The notes under the pieces are model-generated. The model worked only from the letters and a program-made list of their open reading frames with translations, had not been told where the DNA came from and did not search any database. DNA of 64,000 nt from Callorhinchus milii (lineage: Eukaryota): positions 14,074,001 to 14,138,000 of the forward strand of contig NW_024704750.1 in NCBI RefSeq assembly GCF_018977255.1, read 5' to 3'. Made by a program: the position numbers and the translations under genes. Of this stretch, positions 38,243-50,820 are shown one piece after another. Position 1 is the first letter of the stretch. Every line of letters starts with the position of its first letter.

Positions 38243-38450
38243 AATGATAATCCTTGGATTTAGTACAGTGCCTTTCATGTCAGGAAGACACCTCAAAGTG
38301 TTTCACACGACTATGTATTTGTAGGCAAGCATACCACACCAATTTGTGAACAGCAATGTTCCACAAACAGCCATGAAACAAGTAACCACTTATATTTGGG
38401 GTTCCGATGACCAGGAAACCGGGAGAAATTCCCTTGTATTTTTCAAATAG
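38243..38450 (-). mobile_element. Deu-SINE 3' half
   Basis: aatccttggattt…gtgcctttcatg…cagcaatgttccacaaacagccatg…ccaggaaaccgggagaaattccc. Confidence 0.7.
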
Positions 38451-41400
38451 TATATACTAAATGTACATATCATTATACTAAATGTAAGGATTATTATTAT
38501 TATTAATAATAATATATTGCCTCCTATTGCAGATTCCCACTTGGGAGTTTCAAGTTGCTTTCAATATAATAAACCAACTATTTCTTCCCAATGAAAACAA
38601 TTGGAGAATGAAACCGATTGCTTTGTGTTTCTGGTAAAATTAAATACCCTTCAACCTGGTTTGACAGTGGAAATAATCTAAAATGTAGGTTAAAATGTGG
38701 AAGAGAATGAAAGGCATGACAATATTATTGCAGAGCTGGGTTCAATCCTCCGCTGTATAAATGTCATCTGGCATTGAGTAGTAAGACTGAAATTGGCTGT
38801 TTCCCTTCATATTCTGCACTTTTTATTGCAGAGTAATACTGATTTATTGTCTTTCAGTGAACATATTCAGGTATAACAATATAGCTGTATTATTCAACAG
38901 TATAAAAATGTGACTGGTTTAAATTATTCAAGGGCTGTTTCATAGCAAGTAGGGGAGCTGTGATGGAGAAATGATGGGCAGATCCATAACTGCACTAATT
39001 AACTATTGAGATAACATCTGAAGCAAATAACATTTGCACATTGTGACACATTTTAATTAGTTCATGCTCTGCACGTTTAAATATTAATTGTACTTGATGT
39101 CTTTGGAAATAAACTGTACTGAAGCTGTACTTCGATAATTCCTACTTGCAGTTTCCTTCATTTCTAGTTTGAATTCAGCAAATTATATTGAAAATATAAT
39201 AACAATAATCTTTGCATTTGATAATAGTACCTTATCACGTCATCAAGAAGTGTCAAAGCACTTCACGGGATATCCCGTAAAGTAGATTGACTGTATTTTG
39301 TGGGCGAATATGAAAGTAGATGCAGCCTCTTACAGTAAGGAAGCCACTCTGCTGTTAAGGAGACAGACATTAAAGCTCTTTTAGATACCGAAAAAAAACA
39401 ATAACCATATGAAGACTTATTGGCATCTTATACACACGTGGGGTTAACCCATGTACAAGATTGTCAGGTTGTGTTAATAATGTGCAAGCATGTACATAAC
39501 CTGTAATCCTATTTTTGTGCATCCTTTCACACACACTTCTCGAAACCCCAGCTCTGTGAATGCATGAAAGGCACTGTGTAAATGTAAATTGCATTGTATT
39601 GACTGTTATTTAAACAGTTAGTCAACTGTACACACATTTTTGCAGATGGTGAACCCAACTTGCACATTTCACACATGGGTTGTTAACCCAACCTACAAGT
39701 TAGACTCCAGTAAAATTCAAGTCTTGGGGAACACCCGTTTAATGCATATTTGGAAAGGTTACAATGGATAAGAGTTTGGATTGCAGGGGCTGTGAACCCA
39801 GTTATTGGGAGTCTGTCAGCACCGGGGGAGGCTGATGAACAAGATTGAAGTTGATGTTTATTGCATTCACTGACTATATAGTACCTAGTCCAGTTCCTGT
39901 AATGCGGTATACTGTTTCATTACAAGGAGCCAACAAGAAGGTTGTAATTTTGAGCCATCAGCTAAAGAGTGTGGAATTTGGACTAACATCAATTGTCACT
40001 CTTGAGAAAATGTAATATTTTCCATGTAAGACTCAATATGGATTCAGATAGCAAATTCCGACATCATACCTACAATTACAATTCCTGTCAAGGCAAAAGT
40101 GCACAGGTGACCCAGCAGCACTTCTGGACAGATGTTGCAGCAGATGAAGTCATGCGCTCCAGCTGTACCTGCTTGAGTTGGCTTGAGTCCTGGGCATGGG
40201 TGAGTGGGAAAGCAAAGCTGCCTTGCCCTATGTTAAGTCATGACCATGTTCTCTTTTGAGAAATTAATCATTTACTTACCTACACCATGTTGGAACAAAT
40301 GAATATTGTCATCACGTTCCCATTATTTATGCCTCACTTTCTGTCAGCTGTTGCAATATCCACCTGGCCCGCATTGTAACACAGTGGTTCTGTAAAATCG
40401 GACCCTGAATTATCCTTGGGCTGCTACAAAGGTGCCTAGCTGTCAAGGCTTATTATTTTGGGGGGCTCAGCTGGATGTTTGACACTTGTAAAAAACAAAA
40501 AATATGCTAAAGCGTTAGCCCATCACCAAACAGTGTTCCACATACTTACGCCACCTGCACATGGAAACATCTTTGTGTCTGGAATGGAACACGAATTCTC
40601 TCCCTGGAAAAATGCACTACTCTTACCTAATTCCAGAAAGTATTAGCAAGAGCCAGAGTTTAGGGACCACAGAGTGTGCATTGGGATACTGCTGGAGTTT
40701 TACTATCCTAAAACAAATAGCTTGGCATTAAAAGCACTGTCTGGCAAGCTTCCCACTTATCAAGCTTACCCATTAAGTTTTGTTTTGCAGGGTTAATAGC
40801 AGATGAGTAGGAAGAATCCCGACTCCTCGTGATGGGTCTGCTCCTTCAAGTCCTGTGAGGAATCAGGCTGACTGGTTAGCCATCAGCAGTGTCATGTAAT
40901 ATTTCAGACCCGACTGTCACAGGATTGGCTCTGCATAATGACATTCTACCATATGTGAGGAAGTCATTCAGTCATTGCAGGAAACACCTCCTGGCATGTT
41001 TTTTCTGTGTTAAAACAGTGCTTCCTGATTCAGTGACAGCTAAACAAGATTCTCTGAGTGCTATCTGGCCTGGGGTGCAAATCAGGTTCATGTACGGTGT
41101 CAATCCAATTGCACTGCTGCTATTTGCACATATACATTTTTATTAGGTTTAAAACTTGTTCTGCGACTAAAAGGTGCCGATTCCAATAACTGACGCAAAT
41201 GCAGTTTGTGAAAGTTAAAGTAAATTTAGTGTTGGAGGATTCTTTGTTGTTAAAAAAAAGCCTTTGAACTTACACCCCTTGTTCCAGATCTGTAAGAACG
41301 GGAGGTCTAAGTGAATGATGTGAGTTTCTGTTTTTTCAATGCTCGGTGGCTGCAATGTGATTTTATTGACAGAACTCCCTGAATAAGTTCAGTGTATAGA

Positions 41401-43479
41401 TAGTAGGAAATGAGAAAATGAGAAGTGGTTCAAAAATCAATGGGGTGGCTAGGATGAGTGAAAATCAATAGCAAAAATAAGCAAACGGAGCGAGACGAAA
41501 AATAAAATCAGCTCAGTTTTAATACAAAGCACCACCTGCTCATTGCAACTTATACCCAATGGATCTATGAGGAATTTTTAATGTGATAGGGCATCTATAA
41601 AAATGCAAGATCTCTTTCTCTTGCTCTTTTGCTGTGTATTTGTTACATATTACACTCACAAACACCCACTAAAATAACATTGAAGGAATAATTCTGAATG
41701 AGCAAGAAGCAGCACTTTGCACTGAGGAAGATGGACGTCAGGATGTGGAGCTTCTCATTGTTCTATAGACGAAAGCAAATATGTTAGACTCAATCTGCTT
41801 TTGTCCTGACTGCCCTAAAGAGGTATTACAGTACACGATTAATATTATGCACCATGTGCATGGAGTTTCATAGAGTGAGCTGGCATGGAAACAGGTGCAT
41901 TTTTTGTTGCTTTTAGTATATGTGCTCTTGATGATGAGAGGTGCCAGGGCCAAGGAGCACTGAAACATTTCACCACTTCACACCCTGCGATAACAATAGA
42001 TATTCCAAGGCATTGAATTAATGGACCAGGCACAAAGCTGGACTCTACCTTGCTACAGTGAATGTCTGCTATCTGTATTAAATTTCCAGATTAAGGCAAA
42101 TTGGACCACATTTACGCAACTGTTCAGGCAAGAACTGGATGGAAACTGACCAAATTGATTTCACAGCGGCAGTCATAAAGAGCAAAGACTTTGTCCCACC
42201 TCATTGGATCACTTGAAATGTGCCTCACAAGTGCTGGGCCATTCCCCCTGTCCAATACACCTCTTGGCTCCTGTAGATACTTGGTCATTGGAGAGAAGGT
42301 GCAATTTTGTTCTCTTTGAGATATGCTCTCAGGGGTCACACGTAGAATGTTCAATTTAGGAGTATATGGGAATCTTGCAGCTTTTAATAGCATTTGTGCT
42401 CTTTTAAGGCCCCCAAACCCCACTGAGTCTTAGCCTGCAGGACTGTTTTGCTTCAAAATTTCAGATAGTACAAAATTGCATAAGGGAAATCAATAGGAGA
42501 GGGGAGCAAGAGGTTGGAGGCTCATGTGGATTATAAATACCAGCACGGACTAGATGAGCTGGATAGCCTGTTTCCATGCTGCAAGGTTCTGTGTAATTAA
42601 AAAGGGAAACTCGAAGAGTTGATAGTGCAAAAGCCTCTGCAGGAGATTGATTAATCAACTGTTCATAATTCTGCGCTGAACCAGGGAATGCGAGCTTTGA
42701 TCATTATTCAGCCAGAAAACTTCACCGCTAATGTCTAACAGGCTGTGTTAAATGAATAGTTAATTGTAATGTGTAGGGTCAGGGATTCGGGAGTATTACA
42801 TTGACTTCTGCAAAATTCAACACTTTTATAGAGGAAATATTTCATCTTATAAATCTCCCAGGTGTGCACGTAAGGGAGGAGAGAACAATATTGCACCAAC
42901 AATAACTTTGCAGAAATTGTAGCTGTCTCTTTGTTTGAGGGCCTTTCAAGGCAGCAGCTACATTTTTAATATAATGTGCTCAAAATTGCATTGGAGCCTT
43001 CAACTTTCTCTGGGAGTATGTAAGACAATAAAATGTTCTGCATGTTCTTTGAATTATTTTTAATATTAATAATAATCACACTTGCATTTGGTTAGCACCT
43101 CTCATGTCAAGAGGATGTCGCAAAACACTTCACAGGATTTACTATAAACTGCAGTGACTCTATTTGTAGGCGAATGTGGCAGCCCACAACTAGCCAGAAT
43201 GACTCATTTTATTTGGTGGATTGCTGACCAAGAGACTAGGTAGAAACTCCCTTCACTGTGTACAGAAATCAACATTATGCTTTTGGAATAAAATGCAAGC
43301 AACGGCAATAACTCGCACACAGCCAGGGCAGTTTGACAGAGGCTTTAGCGGGTGGACTTTAAGAAGAAAGTGCCTTGCATATGTTCCAGCAGATAACAAT
43401 TGAGGGTATAGAACTGTAGCATTATCTTTGGCACTGGTTTTAAAAAACGTCACTGTACTGCAGATAAAATGTAGCATCT

Positions 43480-44060
43480 GGGACCAAAGCTGCGCTGCTT
43501 ATTTTGATCAATTAATCTAGGCAATCGAAACAAAATACACAAAGCAATTATGAATTCATTGAGACTGCAGGAGGCCTGGTAAATCCAGATGCTTCCTGCT
43601 GCCTTTGATCCTCCAAAAGGTCAGGATAATCTAATCGACAAATCCGATACATGTCACTGTGACAGCTTAAGGGGTTCCTTTGCTGGAAAGTCTTTTGCTT
43701 ATTAGTTAAACAAATAAAACGGTTATTCTGGCTGGAAAAGCCTTTCGCTTTGCAATCCCGGTAGGCATGAGTGGATGGAGTTAGCACACATTCCCATTCA
43801 TTGTATTGAAGACGTCCGTGGGTATATTTTGGGGATTGCCCTTGAGCAATAAAACAATGCAAATTGGATTAAACATTCAAATAAAAATTACTTGACGCAA
43901 ACTGTGTGTGTGCATGTGCGTGTGAGAGAGAGGGAGAGACTTATCACATTGTATTGGAATCTTTGAAGGGACAAGTCGTCAAGCTTGAATGGATAAGACA
44001 CTTGCGGTGACAGAGCTAATTAGGCTCCTGGGAGAATTTATGCACAAGTAATAAGAAGAG
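43480..44060. promoter_or_regulatory. Candidate developmental enhancer (CNE-like)
   Basis: No transposon match; CCTTTGATC (TCF/LEF, 43602), TGTCACTGTGACAG (Meis/TGIF, 43652), CATTCATTGT (Sox, 43795), overlapping AACAAT/ATGCAAAT (Sox/POU, 43853-43864) and CTAATTAG. Confidence 0.4.
43903..43938. repeat. Compound (TG)/(GA) microsatellite
   Basis: tgtgtgtgtgcatgtgcgtgtgagagagagggagag. Confidence 0.7.
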
Positions 44061-44794
44061 CATCAGAACTCAGTCTTAATATACCCTTCAGCTTGAGGAA
44101 AAAGTTGGCCACTCAACTTGCACTAATTTAGCCCAAAGACAATAATGCAAATACTGAAAAAACATCACTGAATACAAAGGCAAACCAAATAGCTAGTGTT
44201 GCAACAAAGCTCTTAATGAGAATGTCATGTGCTTCAGCAACACTCATCTCACAGTACAAAGTAAAGCTTGAACAATATAATTAGCCTACAATGAAGCAGA
44301 GACGTTTTGGTCGCACTGTGAATAACATCTTTGTGTTGCTGTGATACATGTTCTGTCCATTTAATGCACTAGATGTTTTACCCCGAGATTGCTGCAGGCT
44401 TGTTGATATATGTACATGTTGTGCACAGTGTTAGTTGGAGATTCAATTATTCATTTGATTACAAAATATCGTAAAGTGTTGCAATAAAGCTACCTGAATC
44501 ATTGCCTTTGTCCAAGGCGATAGCAAAGATATTCCTTTTCTCCTTGGATGTACACCCTAGGCAGTGAAAAGACCACGGCAGGTAAGTATTGAGAGTTGCA
44601 GTAAAAGTAGATCCTGACAATTGTACTTCAGCTTACACAACACAAGTAAAATCAAGTGTACAAACACGACTTAAACAAAGAGGGGACCTAATATGCAGCG
44701 ATTTGGAATCAGAGTCAAAACTTTTGGTAACTCATAATGTTATGTCTCCATCAACCTATGACCCCAGGGTGTGTGAATCCAAACCTGACTTATA

Positions 44795-45145
44795 TAAATA
44801 TCTTCAAGCTCTACCACCTCTCCATAGTTCTGATCTACGCCATTCCATCTACGCAACTGGCTGCTTGGGTCTGCTGTGCGTTCCCTTCCTCCTCAGTGTC
44901 ACATTCAATGGCCGAGCCTTCAATCACTAAGATCCTAATCTCTGGAGCTCCCTCCTTCTACTCCTCCACCTTTATATCCTCCACCCTTCTATATCTACCT
45001 TCAAATTCCACCTTAAAACCAATCTCTTTGAAGTCACCTCTTCCTACCCCTTCTCCTTCTCCCTTGCTCGGCATCTAAATCCGCCACTGTAAAGCGAGTC
45101 AAGACCTCATCCTACATGAAGGTCCTTTGTAAATACAAGTCATGG
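44795..45145 (+). mobile_element. Diverged L2 3' fragment
   Basis: ctacgccattcc…ggccgagccttca…ctctggagctccctcc…ccttcaaattccaccttaaaacc…gccactgtaaagcg…gtaaatacaagt. Confidence 0.7.
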
Positions 45146-45203
45146 CTGTACTTAATCATGATTTTCAGTTGCCACATTTTACTCTTCAATCCATACTGTA
45201 ATT

Positions 45204-45559
45204 ATAATAATCCTTGCATTTGATATAGCACCTTATCACATCTTCAAGACGTCTCAAAGCGCTTCACAGAATAAACTGTAAAGTGAATTGACTGTATATA
45301 TTTTTGAGGCGAAACGTGGAAGCCAATTACGCACAGCAGTGTCCCACAAACCATTGAGTGACCAATTTTTTTTTTTTTTGAAAGTATTATTATCCCCGGA
45401 AAAGCGATCTGCCAATTGACAAATATCCAGGTTCCTACTTACTACTAGGTAAACAGAGGTATGTGAAATAAGGAAACTTGCCCAATGTTTCGCCTTGCTG
45501 GGAATCAAACCTAGGTCTCTTGCTTATTGGGCGAGTGCTGTAACTACTGAGGACTCCAC
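45204..45559 (-). mobile_element. Full-length tRNA-SINE, long form
   Basis: Tail, insert (ggttcctacttactactaggtaaacagagg) and head (…ggactccac). Confidence 0.88.
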
Positions 45560-46479
45560 AATTGATCAAAAACCCCAAAAGGGTTCTAATGATAAACTAC
45601 TTTCAAAGTAATGCACATTAGTGGAAACGTATCTTATTTATGCCTTGGATGTTTACTGATCAATCTTTGGTGAAGGAAAATTGGAGCAGGTGTTCTGTGA
45701 GTTAACAGATGAGTTGAACTCGACATTTCAACTGACTAACCACCCGTCTCCTTCCCACTAACTCCCTCTAGAGGCCAGAGCCCCGAAAATCCATCAGCAA
45801 GGTTTCCACTTAATGCCTCAAAGATTCGAAGGTCCTGATGGGCTCCATGTATTAATTAACAAGGATGTGAAATAACCTTTCTATCTTCCCGTCAATTATC
45901 TGTACTTTTCTCTTTGAGGTGGTGATCCAGATTGGTGTATGGTTTTATAGGTACTCTGTAAAACCATACTCCACTAACTTATTTTATATTATTGTTACTG
46001 TTACCTTCCCAAACAGTAATTTTTAATGTGGTAGTGGACTTAGACAACCTGTCATTGAACCATGTCATTGAACTAGAGCTGAGCCCTCATTCTGTCCTTA
46101 CTTATATCATGCAGATGTTTGCTTGTGTGTGCATTCTTCCTACTGAATAGTTATAGATTGAGAGCAACAACCACAACAATGTGCATTGATTTTGCACCCT
46201 TGATGTAGGAATAGCTTCTTGGAAAGCGTTATAAAGATGGGGGTCGGACGCTGAGCAAGGGAAGGGGAGGCGGGGTAAAGAGACCATAGGACCATGTGCG
46301 TGAATGATGAGGTAGGTTTTAAGGCTGGATTTGAAGATAGATAGCGAGGAGTTGAGACAGAGCGAGGTCTAGAGTATAAAAGGATTATTGTGCAACTTCA
46401 AGCAACGTGAGTGACTGAACGGAAGGCAGAAAACAGATCAGCTGGGTAGAGTATTCCAGAGTTTATCCCACCATACTGC

Positions 46480-46586
46480 TATTCTGTCCTTATCTGTAGT
46501 TTGTATGTGTGCACACACTTCTTAGTGACTAGATAAAAGATTGGAAGCAAGAACCTTGCCTGATCTTTTTTTCTGCCTCCTAGCCT
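46480..46586 (-). mobile_element. AmnSINE2/UCON3-like fragment
   Basis: ctgtccttatc…cacacactt…gactagata…gaaccttgcctgat…cctcctagcc matches the remembered reverse consensus CTGTCCTCACC…CACTGGATAGCGATCAGGAGCGGGAACCCTGGCTGATTTTTCCCCTCCCTAGCC. Confidence 0.5.
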
Positions 46587-48175
46587 TACCAAGCCAGTTA
46601 AGTCGTTGCTTGCCAGCAGTTAATACCGACACTTTTACTCGGGTTTTGTAAATTGAACGCAGGTCCGACCAACTTTAAATGCATCTTTTTTTAAAAAACA
46701 CTGGAATGATAGAAGTGGGTGCTAGGAAGCTTAATGTAGGACCATAAGTAACAGAAATCAAGGATATTTTGGCGTATATGGGTTTCAGTGTACTTAGCAT
46801 GACACAGGGCCAAGCTAATCATGGATAGTTGTAAGGAAAATTGCAGGCAGTCTCCTTAAGGGCTGATAGCAAGCTGATTGTTCAGAAATCCACCTTAAAG
46901 TGCACTTCTTGAAATTTACTGAGTGTCATTGAATGCATTTGTTGAGCGTATTGCACCATGGTAGCGTTTTGATGCAGGCTAAGGGGCAACAAGGTATGCT
47001 ATTTTAAAGGGAATGAGAATGCACAGCAATTTCACGCAATTCAGGATGTGCTGTACTCTTTAGCAGTGCAACACAATAGGTTTTGTCATCGGCTGCTGGT
47101 CATGTGGAGATGCCTTGCTACAGCACTGTTTTGTTATGTTGTGTGGTATTCGTATACATGACGAGGCATTCCATTAGGACTGAATGGTTGGAGTTGGGCA
47201 TTTTTAAAATCGGTTCTTTTGTTACACCATGTGGAAATTATACACACCATGGGATTGGTTTATCAAACAACCAGGTACCAGAGCCATAGAAAGTGAGAGA
47301 AAAGCAAAGCTTCCCCTGGCACGTTATTAATAATAATAATCCTTGCCTTTGATATAGCACTTTTCACGTCTTTTAGACGTCGCAAAGCACTTGTAACTAG
47401 CTGTACCCCGTTGTAGCTATGCTTGCAACCAAAGGATTCAATATGGAATGTAGATTGACACACAGATAGACATTTCATCTTTATCTACACTCATCTGGGA
47501 GGACTCCTTTTGGGAGGACTCGGCATTTTAAAATGTAATTTTGTTGTGGTTGTCGCGTCTTAGCTTTGTATGTTTTATTTTGTTCCCAAAGCTTGATTGC
47601 GTGTGCTTCTGTCACGCACGATGCCACAGTGTCACGGTCAGCCAGCGTGGCCACCAGGCATAACTGCAGTGTGTGTGTACATTTGTAGGGATGTTCTGTG
47701 ACGCACGAGGCCACAGTGCCACTTTGACTTGCCGGCCACCAGGTGTAACTACAGCGAAAAACAAATATGCCCATGCCATTCCTAGAAGCAAGACCTTTCC
47801 AATGAGGTGTAAATCATATTTCTATGTCAATCGATTATTGAGATCCTTCTTGAAGTGCAGACAGATTGCTGTTTTATTAGTATATAATGTATAGATAGAA
47901 TATAATAATGATCCTTACATTTGATATATTGCCTTTAACATTGGGAGGACATTCTCAAAGCACTTCACAGGATTTACTCTCAGTAGTAAAATAACTTTCT
48001 TACAGATCTAACACTGTAAGCTTTTGATACAAAAGTTGATATAATTATTATTCAGAATAACAGCCAAGTCTGTCCAATCATTACTCAACAGAGTTTAGCA
48101 GCAAGAACCCTGTCTGACTAGCCCGAGGAGGTACTGAAGCACACTGCCTTTATCTACCTAAACCAACAAAGGAGC

Positions 48176-48492
48176 AATAATAATAATCCTTGCATTTCAT
48201 ATACAATAACTACAACAAGATTACATTTGAATCGCGTCTTTCACGTTGGGAGGATGTCCCAAGGCGCTGGACAGAGTACAGCATTTCAGACCTGAGCTGG
48301 GGTCACGGGGGGGAGAAGGGATGGGAGGGGAAAGGGGGTGACCGATGGAATGGTCGAAAAGGAAGGTTTGAGGCGGGACTTGAAGGAGGCTAAGGAGCTA
48401 TATAGCGCCTTATCATGTCTTCAAGACGTCTCAAACGCTTCACAGAATATACAGTAAAGTGAATTGACTGAATATTTTGTGGGCGAAACACG
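48176..48492 (-). mobile_element. SINE tail (48176-48203 and 48399-48492) split by an L2 3' end (48204-48398)
   Basis: aatccttgcatttcatata | L2 tail | tatatagcgccttatcatgtc; ATATA is present on both sides. Confidence 0.8.
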
Positions 48493-49062
48493 TGTCCGAC
48501 CAATAAGGGCATTTATGCCAGAGTCACGATTTACTCTTAACGTAGCATTTCCAGATTGTCCAGAATTTGGCAAATTCGTAAACACAGCTTTAATTTTGAA
48601 GCCTTTTTTTCCTGTATGTTCTTTAAAATACACAAAAAAACGCCAAACTACAGTTCAGACTGAATTCAAAAGCTTACCCACTTCTGGATGCTCTAATGTT
48701 ACATAACATGGAATTTCTCCCCATAAATCGCTACTTTCACTTTCTACTTTGCTAATTTTTAAACCGTTACAACCCTCCTTCACTCAATCTGATGTTTTAA
48801 CGTTTGAACAAGGAATGCATCACATTAAAAATCTGAGATGTTAAGGCTGTTCTGTCTGCACATCATATGGGCATTGTTGGCTCAGTGGTGGAACCTTTAC
48901 TTCATTTGTCAATCATTGTCAGCTCACTGGAAATTGCATTAAAGTTCCGATTATCTGATGGAACCCATCATTGCACAAATGAAACTTTCCATGCACCTCT
49001 TGACAGGAAATTTGGGGTATGAAACTAGTCCATAAACCTCCAACCCACGTTTAATTAACTTG

Positions 49063-49148
49063 AGTGTGTTCTGTGAAGCACTTTGGGACGTCCTCCCGAC
49101 GTGAAAAGCGCTATATCAAATGCAAGGATTATTATTATTATTATTATT
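49063..49148 (+). mobile_element. 5'-truncated young SINE tail
   Basis: gtgtgttctgtgaagcactttgggacgtcctcccgacgtgaaaagcgctatatcaaatgcaagg(att)n. Confidence 0.9.
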
Positions 49149-50189
49149 GAGTGACATTTAGCTCTTAAATATCCAGTTGAACTGAACGATCTCAGCCAGA
49201 ATCTAGTGGCTGAATGATTTTTGGAGGAGTATCGTTTCATTTATTGGGAGGTTTTGAATTGTGTTCTTTAATTGGTTTGAGACTGTTGGACCTCAGCATG
49301 TTGTGAAGGGCACGGAGCCTCATCTCACACTGTACTGCATCTGTGCTGCCAGCTATCCGCTATCCATCAGTAAAAGCACAGTGGTATTTCCAAAACATTG
49401 TGCGGTGCTGAAAGGTATTGGAGGTTTGATCATTAGCGACGTGTAGGTGAACCCTGGTTCTGCACATGATGGCTGGTTTCCCTTCTAAAGAGAGCTCTGC
49501 AGGTGTACATCCATCACACTGCTGCCTGTCACTCTGATCTCCTTGACAACACTTGCTAGGTGAAAGGAGGATCTTCCATCAGGATTTGCTGGGAGGAACC
49601 TCTCTCTCTTGAAGTGTAGCTCTATCGGGCTTCTCACAGTCAAGCCTTTAATATGAAGGCACAGATCACAGACTGTCATGCCCTCCAACACAGAGGTGGT
49701 CAGCTATAGGCAAGTGGAAGATAAAGATAAAGGAAATAAAGTGACCCTGGAAAAGATGTATATTTGCAGCTTGGTTGCGCTCAGTATCTTTGAACGATAC
49801 TGATACGGGTCCTGAAATGTAAGGCGGCGCAGTATCTTGGAACACAATGTGCTGCAACTAATAGCGTTGAGCTGTATTTAATGATGCGAAAGATAAGAAT
49901 ATTTGTGCATGTGCATTCAATGTAGAAGTGCCGTTGGTAATCTGAAACACTGAGGCAGTTATAAATTAGCAATTGGATTCTATGACTTTCCTTTACTACT
50001 TTTCTCCCCTTTTTGCCCCTTTCACCAAACTCTGCATGTCCATCACCTCAGTCCTTACTCCACTGTCTATCAGCAGAACAATTTCAGGACTTTCATCCTC
50101 ACTATAAATCTCTTGCTGCCTTAGTATTCCTGCTAATCTCTCAGATATTTTCCTACCCCATTCTTCTGTTTGCCCCTCTTTGCTTTTAA

Positions 50190-50452
50190 AACTAGGGTTT
50201 GTTACATGTTCCCTACCATTGCTGGTGGCCAAGTCTTGAGATTCTACACCCTAACCTCTGGAACTCCCTTCCGTCTCCCACCTTTCTGTCTTTAAGTCCC
50301 CCATAAAACTTACCTCTTTAAATGCACCTATGCATACCTCCCACTTCCCCTCCCCCTCTCCCCTGCTTGGTGTCTGATCCTGTGATTTTACTGTGCTCCA
50401 AACTGCTAACATGAAAGGGGTTTAGATAAATGCACTCTGTTGTTGTTGTTGT
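50190..50452 (+). mobile_element. Old L2 3' fragment
   Basis: ctctggaactcccttcc…tttaagtcccccataaaacttacctcttt…aaatgcactctgttgttgttg. Confidence 0.7.
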
Positions 50453-50454
50453 GG

Positions 50455-50820
50455 TAAAGGTTCTGATTTTCTCTGGGTACTGCTCTAGGGGTCTCTCAGC
50501 CCTCTGGTAACCTTGCCCAAGCTTCCATACCTAATATACACGAGTCAAGATAGCATGTGATCGCAGCCAATTCGAATGTGGGGAGATACGACAGCCAAGT
50601 CTGATCAAACACCCACACAAATGCAACTTCCACTGGATGACATTCAACAGGAGAAGACTGCGGCTGCGTTTTCTGCTCCAGCACATAAGACCACGGAAGT
50701 CAATTTTAGCACCTCAGCTGCTGTACTAACAGATTGGTTAACTCAGCACAGACCGGAGATGCGTTCTTGTGATCTCCACCTAGTGCTGGAACTCTTGCCT
50801 TTAAGCACAAGGCCATTGGG
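50455..50820 (-). mobile_element. Near full-length AmnSINE2/UCON3-like SINE
   Basis: Reverse complement: ccggtctgtgctgagttaacc…ggtgctaaaattgac…atccagtg…cttggctgt…cttgggcaaggttaccagagggc…gtaccc, colinear with the remembered AmnSINE2 consensus and with 54700 and 58662 in this window. Confidence 0.65.

Noticed and set aside
40280-40390. Minus-strand acceptor/donor pair (ttttacag ... gtag|gtaagt)
   Set aside because: Stop codons in all three frames; at most a non-coding exon, with no supporting evidence.
47625-47745. CACAGTG heptamers suggesting V(D)J recombination signals
   Set aside because: No ACAAAAACC-like nonamer at 12 or 23 bp spacing here or at the other CACAGTG sites checked, and no V/J segments.
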